Below, piece after piece: positions 1 to 12,062 of a stretch of 64,000 nt of DNA. Positions within the stretch are counted from its first letter, which is position 1. Every line of letters starts with the position of its first letter. The notes beneath the pieces were generated by a model, which had not been told where the DNA came from, did no database searches, and saw only the letters and a program-made list of their open reading frames with translations. Origin of the DNA: Escherichia coli (GTDB taxonomy: Bacteria > Pseudomonadota > Gammaproteobacteria > Enterobacterales > Enterobacteriaceae). The stretch lies in the NCBI RefSeq assembly GCF_048403405.1, contig NZ_CP183129.1. The stretch is one strand, 5' to 3'. The translations under genes were made by a program, and so were the position numbers.

Positions 1-1
1 C

Positions 2-214
2 GCGATTATTAAACGTTTACCGGGGGCAGCGGAAGCGACTTTGCCGTTGCAATCAAGTGGAGGGGCAGGTGAACGCTGGTGGTTTCTGAATGGCGAACCG
101 CTAACTGAACGCGGGCGCAACGTGACCCTGCATTTGACGGACAAAGGCGATTATCAATTGCTGGTGATGGATGAGGTGGGGCAAATAGCAGCAGTGAAAT
201 TTGTCATGCAATAG
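2..214 (+). CDS. pbpC: penicillin-binding protein 1C, 3' end (partial, continues upstream of window)
   Basis: Open frame from window edge ending at TAG 212-214 (...VGQIAAVKFVMQ*); position upstream of ndk matches E. coli gene order. Confidence 0.55.
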   Translation, partial: AIIKRLPGAAEATLPLQSSGGAGERWWFLNGEPLTERGRNVTLHLTDKGDYQLLVMDEVGQIAAVKFVMQ

Positions 215-362
215 TCTGTTTTGTCCCTGATTGTTGCTTAAACTAGGTTTATTTTAAAAAAATGTTACCTTCATCAATAGTCAACGGCCCTGTTGCTCAT
301 TATAATCCGCGCCATCTCGTACGCTGGTACAGACAACAACAGAACAATTTACAGAGGTAAAA

Positions 363-794
363 ATGGCTATTGAACGTACTTTTTCCATCATCAAACCGAA
401 CGCGGTAGCAAAAAACGTCATAGGTAATATCTTTGCGCGCTTTGAAGCTGCAGGGTTCAAAATTGTCGGCACCAAAATGCTGCACCTGACCGTTGAACAG
501 GCTCGTGGCTTTTATGCTGAACACGATGGAAAACCGTTCTTTGATGGTCTGGTTGAATTCATGACCTCTGGCCCGATCGTGGTTTCCGTGCTGGAGGGTG
601 AAAACGCCGTTCAGCGTCACCGCGATCTGCTGGGCGCGACCAATCCGGCAAACGCACTGGCCGGTACTCTGCGTGCTGATTACGCTGACAGCCTGACCGA
701 AAATGGTACCCACGGTTCTGATTCCGTCGAATCTGCCGCTCGCGAAATCGCTTATTTCTTCGGCGAAGGCGAAGTGTGCTCGCGCACCCGTTAA
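363..794 (+). CDS. ndk: nucleoside diphosphate kinase
   Basis: 143-aa [18 protein letters not shown]...; matches the E. coli Ndk sequence as I recall it. Confidence 0.95.
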   Translation: MAIERTFSIIKPNAVAKNVIGNIFARFEAAGFKIVGTKMLHLTVEQARGFYAEHDGKPFFDGLVEFMTSGPIVVSVLEGENAVQRHRDLLGATNPANALAGTLRADYADSLTENGTHGSDSVESAAREIAYFFGEGEVCSRTR

Positions 795-854
795 TAATTT
801 CGTAAATGCCGCGTGCAAACGTGGCATCCGTGCGCCAGAATTTGTACAATGCAG

Positions 855-897
855 CGCCCCCGGACGAGCAGCCGCTCACCGGGGCGTTTCTTTTTTC
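855..897 (+). terminator. putative rho-independent terminator downstream of ndk
   Basis: GC-rich inverted repeat cgcccccgg...ccggggcg followed by tttcttttttc. Confidence 0.5.
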
Positions 898-943
898 AAC
901 CCTCCAGGGGCCATAACGTGTAATAACGAGGCCGGAATAGCAT

Positions 944-2098
944 ATGTCTGAACAATTAGTCACACCTGAAAACGTCACCACGAAAGATGGAAAAATCAAC
1001 CTGCTGGATCTCAACCGTCAGCAGATGCGGGAGTTTTTTAAAGATTTAGGTGAAAAACCCTTCCGCGCCGATCAGGTGATGAAGTGGATGTATCACTATT
1101 GCTGCGACAACTTTGATGAGATGACCGACATCAACAAAGTGTTGCGCGGCAAACTGAAAGAGGTGGCGGAGATCCGCGCACCGGAAGTGGTTGAAGAACA
1201 GCGTTCATCTGACGGCACCATTAAATGGGCAATTGCCGTTGGCGATCAGCGCGTCGAAACGGTGTATATCCCGGAAGACGACCGTGCCACGCTCTGCGTC
1301 TCTTCGCAGGTGGGGTGTGCGCTGGAGTGTAAATTCTGTTCCACCGCCCAGCAGGGCTTTAACCGCAACCTGCGGGTATCGGAAATTATCGGCCAGGTGT
1401 GGCGTGCAGCGAAAATCGTCGGCGCAGCAAAAGTCACCGGTCAGCGTCCAATCACTAACGTAGTGATGATGGGCATGGGCGAGCCGCTGCTCAACCTGAA
1501 CAATGTCGTTCCGGCGATGGAAATCATGCTTGATGATTTCGGTTTTGGCCTGTCTAAACGTCGCGTGACGCTTTCCACTTCCGGTGTAGTTCCGGCGCTG
1601 GATAAACTGGGCGATATGATCGACGTTGCACTGGCAATTTCCCTGCACGCGCCGAACGACGAAATTCGTGACGAAATTGTGCCGATCAACAAAAAGTACA
1701 ATATCGAAACGTTCCTTGCTGCGGTACGCCGTTATCTGGAGAAATCCAACGCCAATCAGGGCCGAGTCACTATTGAATACGTGATGCTTGACCACGTTAA
1801 CGACGGCACTGAACACGCGCACCAACTGGCGGAGCTACTGAAAGATACGCCGTGTAAGATCAACCTGATCCCGTGGAACCCGTTCCCTGGCGCGCCGTAT
1901 GGACGCAGTTCGAACAGCCGTATCGACCGTTTCTCAAAAGTGCTGATGAGCTACGGTTTCACCACTATTGTGCGTAAAACTCGTGGTGATGATATCGATG
2001 CTGCCTGTGGTCAGTTGGCGGGCGATGTTATCGACCGTACGAAACGTACCCTGCGTAAACGGATGCAGGGTGAAGCCATCGATATTAAAGCGGTCTGA
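944..2098 (+). CDS. rlmN: 23S rRNA/tRNA adenine C2-methyltransferase RlmN (radical SAM)
   Basis: 384-aa ORF with radical-SAM Cys motif (CALECKFC); conserved position after ndk. Confidence 0.95.
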
Positions 2099-2103
2099 TA
2101 GCC

Positions 2104-2147
2104 ATTACGCCACGGTTACTTTATGTACCGTGGCGTAATCTTTTATG
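2104..2147 (+). terminator. rho-independent terminator after rlmN
   Basis: 13-bp perfect inverted repeat attacgccacggt/accgtggcgtaat followed by cttttatg. Confidence 0.6.
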
Positions 2148-2382
2148 AATGAAGTATTAAGTTGCAATTGTCTGGTCAATATTAACGGTGCGTTTTTGCT
2201 GACTTTAAGGCAGTATGTAACGATGCAACAGTAAGTTAGCCTTAGTGAATGTGGGCTTTGTCACGAGCACACAGACGGTCTTATACTGTATGATAACGGT
2301 TAACTTAACGGATGTTTCGCGGTGTGGGTGAGCATGATGGTTCACCGGCATCTCAATTCTCATTTAAACGTACCTGCAGCGA

Positions 2383-3396
2383 ATGAATACTGAAGCCACG
2401 CACGACCAAAATGAAGCACTTACTACCGGCGCTCGCCTGCGTAATGCTCGCGAACAACTAGGACTTAGTCAGCAGGCCGTTGCCGAGCGACTTTGCCTGA
2501 AGGTTTCCACGGTACGCGACATTGAAGAAGATAAGGCACCCGCCGATCTTGCTTCAACATTCCTGCGCGGATATATCCGCTCTTATGCGCGTCTGGTACA
2601 TATTCCAGAAGAAGAACTGCTGCCAGGGCTGGAAAAGCAGGCTCCACTTCGGGCTGCAAAAGTTGCGCCGATGCAGAGTTTTTCCCTCGGTAAACGCCGC
2701 AAAAAACGCGACGGCTGGCTGATGACCTTCACCTGGCTGGTGTTGTTTGTGGTTATCGGCCTGAGCGGTGCCTGGTGGTGGCAAGACCACAAAGCTCAGC
2801 AGGAAGAGATCACCACTATGGCCGATCAATCTTCGGCGGAATTGAGCAGTAATAGCGAGCAGGGGCAGAGTGTTCCGTTAAATACGTCGACAACTACAGA
2901 CCCGGCTACAACGTCCACGCCGCCAGCGTCTGTGGATACTACCGCAACCAACACGCAAACACCTGCCGTAACTGCGCCAGCACCAGCTGTTGATCCGCAA
3001 CAGAATGCGGTTGTTTCGCCTTCGCAGGCAAATGTTGATACCGCCGCGACCCCGGCACCAACGGCAACAACAACGCCAGATGGTGCTGCGCCGTTGCCAA
3101 CCGATCAGGCTGGCGTGACCACGCCGGCGGCTGATCCGAATGCGCTGGTGATGAACTTTACTGCCGATTGCTGGCTGGAGGTCACTGATGCTACCGGTAA
3201 AAAACTGTTTAGCGGGATGCAGCGTAAAGACGGTAATTTGAATTTAACCGGCCAGGCACCGTATAAACTGAAAATTGGTGCGCCAGCCGCAGTACAGATC
3301 CAGTATCAAGGGAAACCTGTCGATCTGAGTCGTTTTATCAGAACTAACCAGGTTGCGCGTCTGACCCTCAATGCCGAACAATCACCGGCGCAGTAA
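2383..3396 (+). CDS. rodZ: cytoskeleton protein RodZ
   Basis: 337-aa ORF; N-terminal HTH, TM segment, Pro/Thr-rich linker; matches E. coli RodZ N-terminus. Confidence 0.9.
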   Translation: MNTEATHDQNEALTTGARLRNAREQLGLSQQAVAERLCLKVSTVRDIEEDKAPADLASTFLRGYIRSYARLVHIPEEELLPGLEKQAPLRAAKVAPMQSFSLGKRRKKRDGWLMTFTWLVLFVVIGLSGAWWWQDHKAQQEEITTMADQSSAELSSNSEQGQSVPLNTSTTTDPATTSTPPASVDTTATNTQTPAVTAPAPAVDPQQNAVVSPSQANVDTAATPAPTATTTPDGAAPLPTDQAGVTTPAADPNALVMNFTADCWLEVTDATGKKLFSGMQRKDGNLNLTGQAPYKLKIGAPAAVQIQYQGKPVDLSRFIRTNQVARLTLNAEQSPAQ

Positions 3397-3422
3397 CAGA
3401 CGGGTAACGCGGGAGATTTTTC

Positions 3423-4541
3423 ATGCATAACCAGGCTCCAATTCAACGTAGAAAATCAACACGTATTTACGTTGGGAATGTGCCGATTGGCGATGGTGCT
3501 CCCATCGCCGTACAGTCCATGACCAATACGCGTACGACAGACGTCGAAGCAACGGTCAATCAAATCAAGGCGTTGGAACGTGTTGGCGCTGATATCGTCC
3601 GTGTCTCAGTACCGACGATGGACGCGGCAGAAGCGTTCAAACTCATCAAACAGCAGGTTAACGTGCCGCTGGTGGCTGACATCCACTTCGACTATCGCAT
3701 TGCGCTGAAAGTAGCGGAATACGGCGTCGATTGTCTGCGTATTAACCCTGGCAATATCGGTAATGAAGAGCGTATTCGCATGGTGGTTGACTGTGCGCGC
3801 GATAAAAACATTCCGATCCGTATTGGCGTTAACGCCGGATCGCTGGAAAAAGATCTGCAAGAAAAGTATGGCGAACCGACGCCGCAGGCGTTGCTGGAAT
3901 CCGCCATGCGTCATGTTGATCATCTCGATCGCTTGAACTTCGATCAGTTCAAAGTCAGCGTGAAAGCGTCAGACGTCTTCCTCGCTGTTGAGTCTTATCG
4001 TTTGCTGGCAAAACAGATCGATCAGCCGCTGCATCTGGGTATCACAGAAGCCGGTGGTGCGCGCAGCGGGGCGGTTAAATCCGCCATTGGTTTAGGTCTG
4101 CTGCTGTCTGAAGGCATTGGCGACACGCTGCGCGTATCGCTGGCGGCCGATCCGGTTGAAGAGATCAAAGTCGGTTTCGATATTTTGAAATCGCTACGTA
4201 TCCGTTCGCGCGGGATCAACTTCATTGCCTGCCCGACCTGTTCGCGTCAGGAGTTTGATGTTATCGGTACGGTTAACGCGTTGGAGCAACGCCTGGAAGA
4301 TATCATCACTCCAATGGACGTTTCGATTATCGGCTGCGTGGTGAATGGCCCAGGTGAGGCGCTGGTTTCTACACTCGGCGTCACCGGCGGTAACAAGAAA
4401 AGCGGCCTCTATGAAGATGGCGTGCGCAAAGACCGTCTGGACAACAACGATATGATCGACCAGTTGGAAGCACGCATTCGTGCGAAAGCCAGTCAGCTGG
4501 ACGAAGCGCGTCGAATTGACGTTCAGCAGGTTGAAAAATAA
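3423..4541 (+). CDS. ispG: 4-hydroxy-3-methylbut-2-en-1-yl diphosphate synthase (IspG/GcpE)
   Basis: 372-aa [26 protein letters not shown]...; C-terminal CPTCSR Fe-S motif. Confidence 0.95.
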
Positions 4542-4651
4542 TAACGTGATGGGAAGCGCCTCGCTTCCCGTGTATGATTGACCCCGCATGGCTCCCGAAA
4601 CATTGAGGGAAGCATTGAGGGTTCATTTTTATATTCAGAAAGAGAATAAAC

Positions 4652-5926
4652 GTGGCAAAAAACATTCAAGCCATTCGCGGCATGAACGATTACCTGCCTG
4701 GCGAAACGGCCATCTGGCAGCGCATTGAAGGCACACTGAAAAACGTGCTCGGCAGCTACGGTTACAGTGAAATCCGCTTGCCGATTGTAGAGCAGACCCC
4801 GCTATTCAAACGTGCGATTGGTGAAGTCACCGACGTGGTTGAAAAAGAGATGTACACCTTTGAGGATCGCAATGGCGACAGCCTGACTCTGCGCCCTGAA
4901 GGGACGGCGGGCTGTGTACGCGCCGGCATCGAGCATGGTCTTCTGTACAATCAGGAACAGCGTCTGTGGTATATCGGGCCGATGTTCCGTCACGAGCGTC
5001 CGCAGAAAGGGCGTTATCGTCAGTTCCATCAGTTGGGCTGCGAAGTTTTCGGTCTGCAAGGCCCGGATATCGACGCTGAACTGATTATGCTCACCGCCCG
5101 CTGGTGGCGCGCGCTGGGTATCTCCGAGCACGTAACTCTTGAGCTGAACTCTATCGGTTCGCTGGAAGCACGAGCCAATTACCGCGATGCGCTGGTGGCA
5201 TTCCTTGAGCAGCATAAAGAAAAGCTGGACGAAGACTGCAAACGCCGCATGTACACTAACCCGCTGCGCGTGCTGGATTCAAAAAATCCGGAAGTGCAGG
5301 CGCTTCTCAACGACGCTCCGGCATTAGGCGATTATCTGGACGAGGAATCTCGTGAGCATTTTGCCGGTCTGTGCAAACTGCTGGAGAGCGCGGGGATCGC
5401 TTACACCGTAAACCAGCGTCTGGTGCGTGGTCTGGATTACTATAACCGTACCGTTTTCGAGTGGGTGACTAACAGTCTCGGCTCCCAGGGCACCGTGTGT
5501 GCAGGCGGTCGTTATGACGGTCTGGTGGAACAACTGGGCGGTCGTGCAACACCGGCTGTCGGTTTTGCGATGGGCCTCGAACGTCTTGTATTGTTAGTAC
5601 AGGCCGTTAATCCGGAATTTAAGGCCGATCCTGTTGTCGATATATACCTGGTGGCTTCAGGTGCTGATACACAATCTGCGGCTATGGCATTAGCTGAGCG
5701 TCTGCGTGATGAATTACCGGGCGTGAAATTGATGACCAACCACGGCGGCGGCAACTTTAAGAAACAGTTTGCCCGTGCTGATAAATGGGGGGCCCGCGTT
5801 GCTGTGGTGCTGGGTGAGTCTGAAGTGGCTAACGGCACAGCAGTAGTGAAGGATTTGCGCTCTGGTGAGCAAACGGCAGTTGCGCAGGATAGCGTAGCCG
5901 CGCATTTGCGCACGTTACTGGGTTAA
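4652..5926 (+). CDS. hisS: histidine--tRNA ligase
   Basis: 424-aa ORF, GTG start, [18 protein letters not shown]...; class II aaRS motifs. Confidence 0.95.
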
Positions 5927-5943
5927 GGAAGGAGAAGGACAGC

Positions 5944-6564
5944 GTGGAAATTTACGAGAACGAAAACGACCAGGTTGAAGCGGTTAAACGCTTTTTTGCT
6001 GAAAATGGCAAAGCCTTGGCTGTTGGGGTGATTTTGGGCGTTGGTGCACTGATTGGCTGGCGCTACTGGAACAGCCATCAGGTTGATTCTGCACGCTCCG
6101 CTTCTCTTGCCTATCAAAATGCGGTTACCGCAGTGAGCGAAGGCAAACCGGATAGCATTCCGGCGGCGGAAAAATTTGCTGCTGAAAATAAAAATACTTA
6201 TGGTGCGCTGGCTTCTTTGGAACTTGCGCAGCAATTTGTTGACAAAAATGAACTAGAGAAAGCTGCCGCCCAGTTACAACAGGGGCTGGCAGACACGAGC
6301 GATGAAAATCTCAAAGCCGTGATAAATCTGCGTCTTGCTCGCGTTCAGGTACAGCTCAAGCAGGCTGATGCCGCGCTGAAAACCCTTGATACCATCAAAG
6401 GTGAAGGGTGGGCTGCCATTGTTGCCGACCTGCGTGGTGAAGCATTGCTGAGCAAAGGTGATAAGCAAGGTGCGCGTAGTGCATGGGAAGCAGGCGTGAA
6501 AAGCGATGTTACTCCGGCACTGAGCGAAATGATGCAGATGAAAATTAATAATTTGTCCATCTGA
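5944..6564 (+). CDS. yfgM: ancillary SecYEG translocon subunit YfgM
   Basis: 206-aa ORF, GTG start, N-terminal TM helix; conserved position between hisS and bamB. Confidence 0.85.
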   Translation: MEIYENENDQVEAVKRFFAENGKALAVGVILGVGALIGWRYWNSHQVDSARSASLAYQNAVTAVSEGKPDSIPAAEKFAAENKNTYGALASLELAQQFVDKNELEKAAAQLQQGLADTSDENLKAVINLRLARVQVQLKQADAALKTLDTIKGEGWAAIVADLRGEALLSKGDKQGARSAWEAGVKSDVTPALSEMMQMKINNLSI

Positions 6565-6574
6565 GAGGGACCCG

Positions 6575-7753
6575 ATGCAATTGCGTAAATTACTGCTGCC
6601 AGGACTGCTTTCCGTTACCCTTTTAAGCGGCTGTTCGCTGTTTAACAGCGAAGAAGATGTGGTAAAGATGTCCCCATTGCCAACCGTTGAAAACCAGTTT
6701 ACGCCGACCACGGCGTGGAGCACTTCCGTTGGTAGCGGCATTGGCAACTTCTATTCCAATCTTCATCCGGCACTGGCGGACAACGTTGTCTATGCAGCGG
6801 ACCGCGCTGGTTTAGTAAAAGCGCTGAATGCGGATGATGGCAAAGAAATCTGGTCTGTCAGCCTGGCCGAGAAAGATGGCTGGTTCTCTAAAGAGCCTGC
6901 ATTACTTTCTGGCGGTGTGACCGTGTCTGGTGGGCATGTCTACATTGGCAGCGAAAAGGCGCAGGTTTACGCGCTGAATACCAGCGATGGTACTGTGGCA
7001 TGGCAAACTAAAGTCGCGGGTGAAGCACTTTCGCGTCCGGTGGTCAGCGACGGTCTGGTGTTAATCCACACCAGTAACGGTCAGTTACAAGCGCTGAACG
7101 AAGCTGACGGCGCTGTCAAATGGACAGTTAACCTCGATATGCCTTCGCTCTCTTTGCGTGGCGAGTCTGCGCCGGCAACGGCTTTTGGTGCGGCCGTCGT
7201 GGGTGGCGATAATGGTCGCGTCAGCGCAGTGCTGATGGAACAGGGCCAGATGATTTGGCAGCAGCGTATTTCCCAGGCGACCGGTTCAACCGAAATTGAC
7301 CGTCTGAGCGATGTTGACACGACTCCCGTCGTTGTTAACGGCGTTGTTTTCGCGCTGGCCTATAATGGTAACCTGACGGCGCTTGATCTGCGCAGCGGTC
7401 AGATTATGTGGAAACGCGAACTGGGTTCGGTGAATGATTTCATCGTCGACGGCAACCGCATCTATCTGGTCGATCAAAATGACCGGGTGATGGCGTTGAC
7501 CATTGATGGCGGCGTTACGCTGTGGACACAAAGCGATCTGCTGCATCGCCTGCTGACTTCTCCGGTGCTGTATAATGGCAACCTGGTGGTAGGTGACAGC
7601 GAAGGTTATCTGCACTGGATTAACGTCGAAGATGGTCGTTTCGTTGCCCAGCAAAAAGTTGATAGTTCCGGTTTCCAGACTGAACCGGTTGCCGCTGACG
7701 GCAAACTGCTGATCCAGGCAAAAGACGGAACTGTGTACTCTATTACACGTTAA
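6575..7753 (+). CDS. bamB: outer membrane protein assembly factor BamB (lipoprotein)
   Basis: 392-aa ORF with lipoprotein signal (LLSGCSLF) and repeated beta-propeller-like segments. Confidence 0.9.
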   Translation: MQLRKLLLPGLLSVTLLSGCSLFNSEEDVVKMSPLPTVENQFTPTTAWSTSVGSGIGNFYSNLHPALADNVVYAADRAGLVKALNADDGKEIWSVSLAEKDGWFSKEPALLSGGVTVSGGHVYIGSEKAQVYALNTSDGTVAWQTKVAGEALSRPVVSDGLVLIHTSNGQLQALNEADGAVKWTVNLDMPSLSLRGESAPATAFGAAVVGGDNGRVSAVLMEQGQMIWQQRISQATGSTEIDRLSDVDTTPVVVNGVVFALAYNGNLTALDLRSGQIMWKRELGSVNDFIVDGNRIYLVDQNDRVMALTIDGGVTLWTQSDLLHRLLTSPVLYNGNLVVGDSEGYLHWINVEDGRFVAQQKVDSSGFQTEPVAADGKLLIQAKDGTVYSITR

Positions 7754-7775
7754 TCGTCTCTGTCGTTCACTTTGA

Positions 7776-7811
7776 AAACGGCTCCTGGACAGGGGCCGTT
7801 TTCCTGTTTTT
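7776..7811 (+). terminator. rho-independent terminator after bamB
   Basis: Near-perfect 12-bp stem aaacggctcctg/caggggccgttt followed by tcctgttttt. Confidence 0.6.
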
Positions 7812-7870
7812 AACAACGACACGAATATAGCGTGCGTTGTCTGATGATTTATAAAAATGAGGCTTTAAAC

Positions 7871-9343
7871 ATGGTACCTGTGGTCGCGCTTGTCGGGCGC
7901 CCTAACGTAGGAAAATCCACGTTATTTAACCGTCTAACTCGCACCCGAGATGCGCTGGTTGCGGATTTCCCGGGTCTGACTCGTGACCGTAAGTACGGTC
8001 GTGCAGAAATTGAAGGCCGTGAGTTTATCTGCATTGATACCGGCGGGATTGATGGCACAGAAGACGGTGTAGAAACTCGCATGGCGGAACAGTCGCTGCT
8101 GGCGATTGAAGAAGCGGACGTCGTACTGTTTATGGTGGATGCGCGCGCGGGCCTGATGCCGGCGGATGAAGCGATTGCTAAACATCTGCGCTCCCGTGAA
8201 AAACCGACCTTCCTGGTGGCAAACAAAACTGACGGTCTGGATCCCGATCAGGCAGTGGTTGATTTCTACTCGCTTGGTTTAGGGGAAATCTACCCGATCG
8301 CCGCGTCTCACGGTCGTGGCGTATTAAGTCTGCTGGAGCACGTGCTGCTGCCGTGGATGGAAGATCTCGCACCGCAAGAAGAAGTCGACGAAGACGCCGA
8401 ATACTGGGCGCAATTTGAAGCAGAAGAAAACGGCGAAGAAGAAGAGGAAGATGACTTCGACCCGCAAAGTCTGCCAATCAAACTGGCGATTGTGGGGCGT
8501 CCGAACGTAGGTAAGTCTACACTCACTAACCGTATTCTTGGTGAAGAGCGCGTTGTTGTTTACGACATGCCTGGCACGACGCGTGACAGCATCTACATTC
8601 CAATGGAGCGCGATGGACGTGAGTATGTACTCATTGACACCGCTGGCGTACGTAAACGCGGCAAAATCACCGATGCTGTAGAGAAATTCTCGGTAATCAA
8701 AACGTTGCAGGCCATTGAAGATGCCAACGTGGTGATGTTGGTGATTGACGCCCGCGAAGGTATTTCCGATCAGGATCTCTCGCTGCTGGGCTTTATTCTC
8801 AATAGTGGGCGCTCACTTGTCATTGTGGTGAATAAGTGGGATGGCCTGAGCCAGGATGTGAAAGAGCAGGTGAAAGAAACGCTGGACTTCCGTCTGGGCT
8901 TTATCGATTTTGCTCGTGTGCACTTTATCTCTGCCTTGCACGGCAGTGGTGTTGGTAACTTGTTTGAATCAGTGCGTGAAGCGTATGACAGCTCCACCCG
9001 TCGTGTGGGGACCTCTATGCTGACGCGCATCATGACGATGGCTGTTGAAGATCACCAACCGCCGCTGGTACGCGGTCGTCGTGTGAAGCTGAAATATGCC
9101 CACGCCGGTGGTTATAACCCGCCGATTGTGGTGATTCATGGTAACCAGGTGAAAGACCTGCCTGATTCCTACAAGCGTTACCTGATGAACTACTTCCGCA
9201 AATCGCTGGACGTAATGGGATCGCCGATTCGTATTCAGTTCAAAGAAGGGGAAAACCCGTATGCGAACAAGCGTAATACCCTGACGCCAACCCAGATGCG
9301 CAAGCGTAAGCGCCTGATGAAGCATATCAAGAAAAGTAAGTAA
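7871..9343 (+). CDS. der: ribosome-associated GTPase Der (EngA)
   Basis: Two tandem GTPase domains (GRPNVGKST twice); start chosen at ATG 7871 ([16 protein letters not shown]), the six-frame ORF extends to 7832. Confidence 0.9.
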   Translation: MVPVVALVGRPNVGKSTLFNRLTRTRDALVADFPGLTRDRKYGRAEIEGREFICIDTGGIDGTEDGVETRMAEQSLLAIEEADVVLFMVDARAGLMPADEAIAKHLRSREKPTFLVANKTDGLDPDQAVVDFYSLGLGEIYPIAASHGRGVLSLLEHVLLPWMEDLAPQEEVDEDAEYWAQFEAEENGEEEEEDDFDPQSLPIKLAIVGRPNVGKSTLTNRILGEERVVVYDMPGTTRDSIYIPMERDGREYVLIDTAGVRKRGKITDAVEKFSVIKTLQAIEDANVVMLVIDAREGISDQDLSLLGFILNSGRSLVIVVNKWDGLSQDVKEQVKETLDFRLGFIDFARVHFISALHGSGVGNLFESVREAYDSSTRRVGTSMLTRIMTMAVEDHQPPLVRGRRVKLKYAHAGGYNPPIVVIHGNQVKDLPDSYKRYLMNYFRKSLDVMGSPIRIQFKEGENPYANKRNTLTPTQMRKRKRLMKHIKKSK

Positions 9344-9405
9344 TCACTTATCTGGTTTCCCTTTCCACACGGAGAGGGAAACCGAATAACACGCGAGGAG
9401 TATTT

Positions 9406-9621
9406 ATGGCACTCAACTGTCCAACCTGCAAAACCCCTCTCGAACGCAATGGCGAGACTGCCCACTGTGCAACTTGCGACAAAGACTTTACCGTCCAGGC
9501 ACTTTGCCCTGAGTGTCATCAGCCGTTACAAGTGTTAAAAGCTTGTGGTGCTGTGGACTATTTTTGCCAACATGGGCACGGTTTAATATCTAAAAAACGC
9601 GTTGAATTTGTTATTGCTTAA
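9406..9621 (+). CDS. yfgJ: zinc-ribbon protein YfgJ
   Basis: 71-aa ORF with two CxxC pairs (CPTCK...CATCDK, CPECHQ); conserved position after der. Confidence 0.8.
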   Translation: MALNCPTCKTPLERNGETAHCATCDKDFTVQALCPECHQPLQVLKACGAVDYFCQHGHGLISKKRVEFVIA

Positions 9622-9830
9622 TATCATGTGAATATATTGTTTTATCATTTATATTTAATATGTGAATGGTAAAACAATCTGTTATTAGTGGAATAACTAA
9701 TGTAATTGAGTGAAATCACTAATTTAAATAATTAAGAATATATTTATTCTTTATGACATGCCTTTCTGAATAATCAGGGATACAATATTAAAGCTTATTT
9801 TTGACTGTATCATTGTCACAGGGAAAGTGC
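9622..9830 (+). promoter_or_regulatory. strongly AT-rich intergenic/promoter region upstream of sinH-like gene
   Basis: About 200 bp of roughly 75-80% A+T immediately after core gene yfgJ; typical of horizontally acquired, H-NS-type silenced promoters. Confidence 0.4.
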
Positions 9831-12008
9831 ATGCTGCGATGGAAACGCTGTATTATTCTAACATTTATCTCTGGTGCTGCTTTCGCGGCACCAGAGATAA
9901 ATGTTAAGCAAAACGAATCGTTACCTGATTTAGGTAGCCAGGCAGCACAGCAGGATGAACAAACCAACAAGGGTAAATCGCTGAAAGAGCGCGGAGCCGA
10001 TTACGTCATCAACTCCGCCACGCAAGGGTTTGAAAACTTGACCCCTGAGGCGCTGGAATCTCAGGCCAGAAGCTATCTGCAAAGTCAAATCACCTCAACC
10101 GCACAATCTTATATTGAAGACACACTCTCTCCCTACGGTAAGGTCCGTTCGAACCTCTCCATTGGCCAGGGCGGCGATCTGGATGGCAGTTCCATCGATT
10201 ATTTTGTTCCCTGGTACGATAATCAAACCACTGTTTATTTCAGTCAATTTTCTGCGCAGCGAAAAGAAGATCGTACAATCGGGAATATTGGTCTTGGGGT
10301 AAGACATAATTTTAATGAATGGTTATTGGGTGGAAATATATTTTATGATTATGATTTTACCCGAGGACATCGCCGTTTAGGTTTAGGCGGCGAAGCGTGG
10401 ACTGATTATTTAAAATTCTCTGGCAACTATTATCATCCGCTTTCTGACTGGAAAGACTCTGAAGATTTCGACTTTTATGAAGAACGCCCTGCGCGCGGCT
10501 GGGATATTCGTGCCGAAGCCTGGTTACCTTCTTATCCGCAACTGGGAGGCAAAGTTGTCTTCGAGCAATATTACGGCGATGAAGTCGCCCTTTTTGGTAC
10601 GGATAATTTGGAGAAAGATCCCTACGCGGTAACACTTGGACTGAATTATCAACCGGTGCCATTACTAACCGTTGGGGCGGACTATAAAGCGGGGACCGGA
10701 GATAACAGCGATGTCAGCATTAATGCCACTCTTAATTATCAGTTCGGCGTTCCGCTAAAAGATCAATTGGATAGCGATAAAGTGAAAGCGGCTCACTCGT
10801 TGATGGGCAGTCGTCATGATTTTGTTGAGCGTAATAACTTTATTGTTCTGGAATACAAAGAAAAAGATCCGCTTGATGTCACCCTGTGGTTAAAAGCGGA
10901 TGCCACCAACGAGCACCCTGAGTGCGTCATTAAGGACACTCCCGAAGCGGCCGTCGGGCTGGAAAAATGTAAATGGACCATTAACGCGCTTATCAACCAC
11001 CACTACAAAATTGTCGCTGCGTCATGGCAGGCGAAAAACAATGCTGCCCGCACGCTGGTTATGCCGGTTATCAAAGAGAATACCCTGACAGAGGGTAACA
11101 ATAACCACTGGAACCTGGTGCTGCCCGCCTGGCAGTACAGCTCTGACAAAGCCGAACAAGAAAAACTCAATACCTGGCGAGTACGTCTGGCACTGGAAGA
11201 TGAAAAGGGTAACCGACAGAACTCTGGCGTGGTGGAAATCACCGTTCAGCAGGACCGTAAAATAGAGTTGATTGTTAATAACATCGCGAACGTGCCGGAA
11301 GAGAACAACCACAGCCACGAAGCCAGCGCTCAGGCAGATGGCGTTGATGGTGTGGTGATGGATCTCGATGTAACCGACAGCTTTGGCGATAACACCGACC
11401 GCAATGGCGATGCGCTGCCGGAAGATAACCTCACGCCGCAGCTTTACGACGCGCAGGACAAACGAGTGACGTTAACCAACAAGCCTTGCTCGACCGACAA
11501 CCCCTGCGTTTTTATCGCTAAACAAGATAAAGAAAAGGGCACTGTCACCCTCTCCAGTACCTTACCCGGCACCTATCGCTGGAAAGCAAAAGCTGCGCCC
11601 TACGACGACAGTAACTATGTGGATGTCACTTTCCTCGGGGCAGAAATTGGTGGGCTAAATGCATTTATCTATCGTGTGGGGGCAGCTAAACCCAGCAACC
11701 TGATAGGTAAAGATAAAGAACCGCTGCCGCTCAACAACACTTATCGATTTGTTTTGTGGCGTGACAGCAATAAAGACGGTGTCTTCCAGCAGGTCGAAAA
11801 ACTGACTGACGAAGAGATGGCGCAGTACGACTACAAGTGGGAATTTACCGGCAAGAGCATCAATGGTGAAGTGGGTGCACAGGCGAACACTTCCAATGAG
11901 GACATTGTGATTCCGGCCACTAACCGCGAAGCAGCGCAAACCTATGGCGCACAAGCGGGAGATGGCTTGCAGGGATACGGTTTACGCGTGCTGTATACCA
12001 AAAAATAA
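9831..12008 (+). CDS. sinH: intimin/invasin-like inverse autotransporter adhesin (SinH-like)
   Basis: Signal peptide, N-terminal beta-barrel-like region rich in aromatic/Gly beta-strands, C-terminal passenger; start at ATG 9831 (track ORF starts at TTG 9801). Confidence 0.75.
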   Translation: MLRWKRCIILTFISGAAFAAPEINVKQNESLPDLGSQAAQQDEQTNKGKSLKERGADYVINSATQGFENLTPEALESQARSYLQSQITSTAQSYIEDTLSPYGKVRSNLSIGQGGDLDGSSIDYFVPWYDNQTTVYFSQFSAQRKEDRTIGNIGLGVRHNFNEWLLGGNIFYDYDFTRGHRRLGLGGEAWTDYLKFSGNYYHPLSDWKDSEDFDFYEERPARGWDIRAEAWLPSYPQLGGKVVFEQYYGDEVALFGTDNLEKDPYAVTLGLNYQPVPLLTVGADYKAGTGDNSDVSINATLNYQFGVPLKDQLDSDKVKAAHSLMGSRHDFVERNNFIVLEYKEKDPLDVTLWLKADATNEHPECVIKDTPEAAVGLEKCKWTINALINHHYKIVAASWQAKNNAARTLVMPVIKENTLTEGNNNHWNLVLPAWQYSSDKAEQEKLNTWRVRLALEDEKGNRQNSGVVEITVQQDRKIELIVNNIANVPEENNHSHEASAQADGVDGVVMDLDVTDSFGDNTDRNGDALPEDNLTPQLYDAQDKRVTLTNKPCSTDNPCVFIAKQDKEKGTVTLSSTLPGTYRWKAKAAPYDDSNYVDVTFLGAEIGGLNAFIYRVGAAKPSNLIGKDKEPLPLNNTYRFVLWRDSNKDGVFQQVEKLTDEEMAQYDYKWEFTGKSINGEVGAQANTSNEDIVIPATNREAAQTYGAQAGDGLQGYGLRVLYTKK

Positions 12009-12062
12009 GATTGGCGTAAGGCCAGTCGGCCAGTCGCTGAAGGTTCATTAAGGAGAGCATCA

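Noticed and set aside
300-1014. Antisense and overlapping ORFs in the six-frame track within ndk and other core genes (e.g. 300-827 minus, 559-1014 minus, 1205-1825 minus, and many similar ones elsewhere)
   Set aside because: They overlap well-supported conserved genes on the opposite strand or in other frames and have no independent support; treated as translation artefacts.
4551-4571. Hairpin gggaagcg-cctc-gcttccc after ispG as a terminator
   Set aside because: The downstream sequence is not U-rich; weak evidence, so not reported as a feature.
9355-9384. Strong hairpin ggtttccct...agggaaacc between der and yfgJ as a terminator
   Set aside because: No U-tract follows and yfgJ starts about 20 bp later with its own RBS; more likely an mRNA structural or processing element than a terminator.
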